From sequence record NZ_KX443406.1: DNA of 64,000 bases, one strand, 5' to 3'. The notes under the pieces were generated by a model. The model saw nothing but the letters and a program-made list of their open reading frames with translations, did no database searches and had not been told where the DNA came from. The stretch is from a plasmid. Positions 63,555 through 64,000 of the stretch are shown piece after piece (position 1 is the stretch's first letter; each line of letters opens with the position of its first letter). Position numbers and translations under genes: made by a program.

Positions 63555-63731
63555 TCCAAAAAATCAACTCAGAACGTTCGGACAGTAAACGATTCAGTGA
63601 GGTTTAGCGTGCACTCCCTGAAAACTATCGGACTTCCTCTGGACCTGCTTTCGAATCCCAATCAAATCCAACATAGCCCAGCCTTCCCTCCAGAACACCG
63701 TGTCGAGCTGACGCTAGTGGGAATAATCGAC

Positions 63732-64000
63732 TCAAGGCGACGCAAGACGACTCAGGTGATACCGATCTCTGACGAATTGCGCATAAATCCAGCCCACCCC
63801 GGTGCGCCTGCCGTAGCACTTGAAGTCGGGGCAGTTCTCGGCGATTGCTTTGTGTTTCTCGTCCCAGTCGTGTGGGACTCGGCCGAAAATCAGTGGAAGA
63901 AGGTTGCAGATCACGTCGTCGCAGGCGGGAAGTTCGCGGCAGGGGGGCCGAAGTTTGAAGACCTCGTAGAAGAGCTTACGGGCTCCTGCTTTTACGGCGC
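63732..64000 (-). CDS. hypothetical Cys-containing protein, partial (N-terminus beyond window end)
   Basis: Open minus-strand frame from the window edge to TGA at 63732 (…CDDVICNLLPLIFGRVPHDWDEKHKAIAENCPDFKCYGRRTGVGWIYAQFVRDRYH…). Confidence 0.3.
   Translation of the reverse strand, partial: AVKAGARKLFYEVFKLRPPCRELPACDDVICNLLPLIFGRVPHDWDEKHKAIAENCPDFKCYGRRTGVGWIYAQFVRDRYHLSRLASP

Noticed and set aside
1-64000. CRISPR arrays, rRNA and tRNA genes, integrase/transposase genes
   Set aside because: No regularly spaced direct repeats with unique spacers, no tRNA-like cloverleaf-compatible segments and no rRNA-like conserved blocks were recognised by eye. The only recombinase-like gene is the serine-less resolvase homologue, and the small HTH at 28255..28554 merely resembles IS3 OrfA HTH without an accompanying DDE transposase.

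Overview
High-GC (~66-68%) actinobacterial DNA with dense, operon-like coding on both strands; Lsr2, a cutinase-like esterase and mycobacterial/rhodococcal-type domain families point to a mycolata (Corynebacteriales-like) host. The content is that of a conjugative plasmid or ICE segment. Reading 5' to 3': (1) a giant ~3,000-aa N6-adenine methyltransferase + SNF2/DEAD helicase fusion (DarB-like), possibly continuous with a 214-aa upstream ORF by a -1 frame change; (2) a VbhA-like antitoxin translationally coupled to a Fic protein with a non-canonical motif; (3) DUF4192, an HNH endonuclease, a candidate oriT hairpin cluster and a MobF (TrwC/TraA-like) relaxase-helicase; (4) a type IA (Topo III-like) topoisomerase; (5) a ~18 kb minus-strand mating-pore/T4SS operon: membrane protein, DUF4913, VirD4-like coupling protein, lipoprotein, M23+SLT cell-wall hydrolase, small HTH protein, VirB4-like ATPase, membrane protein, VirB6/TrbL-like protein, two paralogous anchored/lipoproteins, two paralogous VirB2-like pilin candidates, two tandem lysine-less pseudo-ParA proteins, an acidic-repeat TM protein, a secreted Gly-rich protein and a secreted cutinase-like esterase; (6) an XRE regulator, a type Ib partition module (ParA + RHH ParG-like) flanked by arrays of GTTGCAAC/GTTACAAC-family boxes; (7) DUF2637, RHH and wHTH proteins, and a block of small plus-strand genes of which four share a conserved 5' leader cassette (17-nt GGGCATCAGGCCCAGC hairpin motif + fixed SD context); (8) a DnaB-N-terminal-domain protein, a resolvase homologue lacking the catalytic serine, four tandem tiny Trp-rich peptide ORFs, a ParB/Srx-like protein, and a BrnT/BrnA toxin-antitoxin pair with direct-repeat operator; (9) a frameshifted SRAP (DUF159) pseudogene, after which GC drops (~58-60%) and the cargo is Lsr2, MaoC-like hydratase, a putative methyltransferase, LysR regulator, MFS transporter and a secreted protein. 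A near-identical 274-bp direct repeat occurs at 12.0 kb and 53.5 kb, bracketing the whole transfer/partition region. No rRNA, tRNA or CRISPR arrays were recognised. Starts are provisional; many long ORFs in the six-frame track are antisense artefacts of GC-rich coding and were rejected.
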